A stretch of 64,000 nt of DNA from Mustelus asterias (taxonomy: Eukaryota): the NCBI RefSeq assembly GCF_964213995.1, contig NC_135830.1, forward strand, positions 10,912,001-10,976,000, given 5' to 3'. The notes under the pieces were generated by a model that did no database searches, was not told the DNA's origin, and saw nothing but the letters and a program-made list of their open reading frames with translations. Below are positions 61,500 through 64,000 of the stretch, in pieces; the first letter of the stretch is position 1, and each line of letters begins with the position of its first letter. The position numbers were made by a program, and so were the translations under genes.

Positions 61500-62069
61500 A
61501 CTGCTGCAAGGTGCGCTCAAATACAGATATTATATTGCCATCCGAATCTGATCTGACAACTGCAGTGGAAGTTGGAAGCGCTGGAAAAACTCAGGAAGCC
61601 AGGCAGCATGTGCACACAGGGAAAGGAATCTCCTCTTACACCTGCATAACTTTTCTTTTCAACGGGTAAAGGTTGGAAATGTAGGAAGTTTTAAACAAGT
61701 GAAATCCAGGAGGTAGAAAGCATAACAACAGGAAACAGCTCTGATAAGGAACAATTCAGGAGAGATAAATGAACAAGTACTGTGTAGTCCATGGCCTGAG
61801 AGTGAGGAAAGCAGAGTATCACAGAATGTCTGCACCGCAGCATGAGACCATTCACAAGATATTTTAAGCAGTCGCGTGTCCTGTGGATAATAGGGAGCCG
61901 GTGGGTGTACTGTACAGTGATTACACAGAATAAATGCAATTATTTCATGATCTTCATTCCAAGTCCTCTGTTACTGAGCCCAGTCAGTGGGAACAGTCTG
62001 TCCCTCCCTGCTGTTTCAAACGGCCCTTTTCCATGTTAGGAGAAGGGATTAACCATTACACCACAACAA

Positions 62070-62248
62070 CACTGTGGGGTAAAATAATAAAATATACATG
62101 TTTAGATTTGTAAACGATGCCATCATTTGGTCTTTCTGTGTCAGGTTTGGTGAAAATTGAATTGGCGTCTAACTTGCAGCCAACACGCTGTCACCCTGAT
62201 TTAGGATGCCTTGTAAGTTCCAGTTCTGTCAGTCTCTGTGGCGCAATT

Positions 62249-62281
<33 letters not shown>

Positions 62282-64000
62282 ATGGTTCGAGACCATCGAG
62301 GGACGGGGCTTTCAGTTTTTTTTCCACTCCATCTGCTTTCATTGTCTCTCGGTTTTTGAGTGTCACTGAGTCCTTGGGCAACATTAAAAAAAAAACTTAT
62401 CGTGTGTTTCTGCCTCTACTGTTAGCCGACGTTAGTTTATTGAACATTTATCTCTGACATATTATTTGTACCAATTTATATATTTCAAATATTATTAAAC
62501 TCAATAACTGAACTCGAAACTTTAACCTATGTTTGATCTTGGGTTTCCATTTTCCTGCACATTCCCCTTCTTTCTCAGATAGTTCAGGAATCTGTCTGTC
62601 CCAACCTGAAATGTGTTCAATGAGGGAAATACACAGCAAGTCGGCAAAGATCAGTGGAATGAGGACTGAGTTAAACTTTCACCAGAATGAAAAGTCCTGA
62701 GATTGAGAGCAGAGAGTTCACATTTGAGGTGTTTCAGTTCTTTGAGAGACGAATGCTGCCGTGTTTTACAAGGTAAGTTTTCACAGGATCAGTAATGATG
62801 AGGTTGGTGGGTTTTGGAAATTGAAAGTTACACGTGAACAGCTTGTGGGACTATTTCATTTATCATTGCCGTCTTGCCGTTTTATGTTCTGATAAAACCT
62901 GTATTTATAATACAAGCATGAGGTGGTGGAAATTCTCAGCAGGTTTGGCAGAAGCTGTGCACACGCATCAAATTCTAAACACTTCCATGTGTCACCTGTG
63001 TTCCTGAAGTATACTGATCCTTGGGTTCAAAAAAAGTTGATAAAAACTTTTCAAAGCAGCTGCCCCATCTCTAAGCGTTATTAAATATCAAGGAATCACA
63101 TTATCTCACAGCCATGTGGCATTTACACTCCCCCAAAGCTTGAATAATATTCTGCAACTGCATTCATGGAGAAAGAGATAAAATTCGGGACAAATGTCAT
63201 TTTCTGAATCTTATGTTAGATCAATGACTCTGCCACATGGCTGAAGTTTGCAACCGAATTATATTTCAACAAAACAAGGATTTAAATTGCAATCAGACTG
63301 CACTGTTTGATATTCTCGGCCGGTCACATTGGTCATGAGCAGAGTTTCTGGATTGTCGGAGTTAACATGTTCATTTCATATACGATGAGTTCCCCGATTC
63401 AAAATAAGGTCGAAACATTATCGAAATTAATATTTTTTTGAATTATCCCCGATTCTTGATCGCTGTTGAATATGAACTGGATTGGAGCAGACAAAATGTA
63501 AATTTGTTCTTCACCATTTATTGAAAAAAAATACCCTCAGCAAAGTCGCTGCTGGCATACTGTAGCTTTTCTGCTTCCACTGTCACACTCACGATGCAGC
63601 TGATGCAGGCTGATGGATTAGCCATGGCAAATGAGTGATGTTCCGGTTCGACAGTGGCAAAAGTGCCTCAGTAAGGTACTCTGGGCTTACATTTTCTGGT
63701 TAATGTTTCAGCCATTCATGACTGAGATATGGAGATATTTCTTCACTCCAAGGCTTGTGAATCTTTGGAATTCTTTGACTTATTATTGTCACATGTATTA
63801 GCATACAATAAAAAGTATTGTTTCTTGCGCGCTGGACAGACAAAGCATACCGTTCATAGAGAAGGAAACGAGAGAGTGCAGTTTGTAGTGTTGCAGTCAT
63901 AGCCGGGATGCTAGAAATTGAATTGAAGCATTGTGAGAGAGTTTAAAAGAGTTAGAATGAAGTTTTAGAAGCATAGAACGAGAGTAAAAGATAGAGTTAG
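62070..64000 (+). repeat. Segmental duplication unit, paralog of 43570-45900 (runs off the window)
   Basis: Colinear identity by eye. Lacks the 44898 Penelope insertion. Confidence 0.9.
62232..62305 (+). tRNA. tRNA-Asn(GTT), near-intact
   Basis: GTCTCTGTGGCGCAATTGGTTAGCGCGTTCGGCTGTTAACCGAAAGGTTGATGGTTCGAGACCATCGAGGGACG, with a T-tract downstream. Confidence 0.88.

Noticed and set aside
290-63900. Most short six-frame ORFs
   Set aside because: They overlap SINEs, tRNA genes, microsatellites or antisense LINE strands and have no recognisable domains.
1-64000. CRISPR array, prokaryotic operon or rRNA
   Set aside because: No regularly spaced repeat-spacer array or rRNA similarity. The content is vertebrate repeat DNA.

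Overview
Eukaryotic, repeat-rich DNA, most likely from a shark or other elasmobranch (inferred from HE1/V-SINEs, Deu-domain SINEs, CR1/HER1-type LINEs and Penelope elements). The window is mainly a decaying, repeatedly duplicated tRNA gene cluster. A few genes look intact or nearly so (Leu-AAG x2, Lys-CTT, Asn-GTT, Glu-TTC) among about 30 pseudogenes or remnants. These lie in multi-kb cassettes duplicated in direct and inverted orientation. Mobile elements include a complete but decayed Tip100-type hAT transposon with a nested piggyBac deletion derivative, a young CR1 LINE, and a Penelope (RT + GIY-YIG) element. The only host protein-coding sequence is a solitary T-cell receptor alpha/delta-type V segment: a 46-nt leader exon with ACA where the ATG is expected, an open V exon and a 23-bp-spacer RSS. 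Most notable: (1) three tRNA-Pro genes with an approximately 18-nt insertion at the canonical 37/38 intron site, an isotype not normally intron-bearing in vertebrates; (2) minimal type-I hammerhead ribozyme motifs on the Penelope terminus and on short Penelope-derived insertions; (3) the lone TCR V gene inside a tRNA array. All calls are by eye, and edges of old repeats are approximate.
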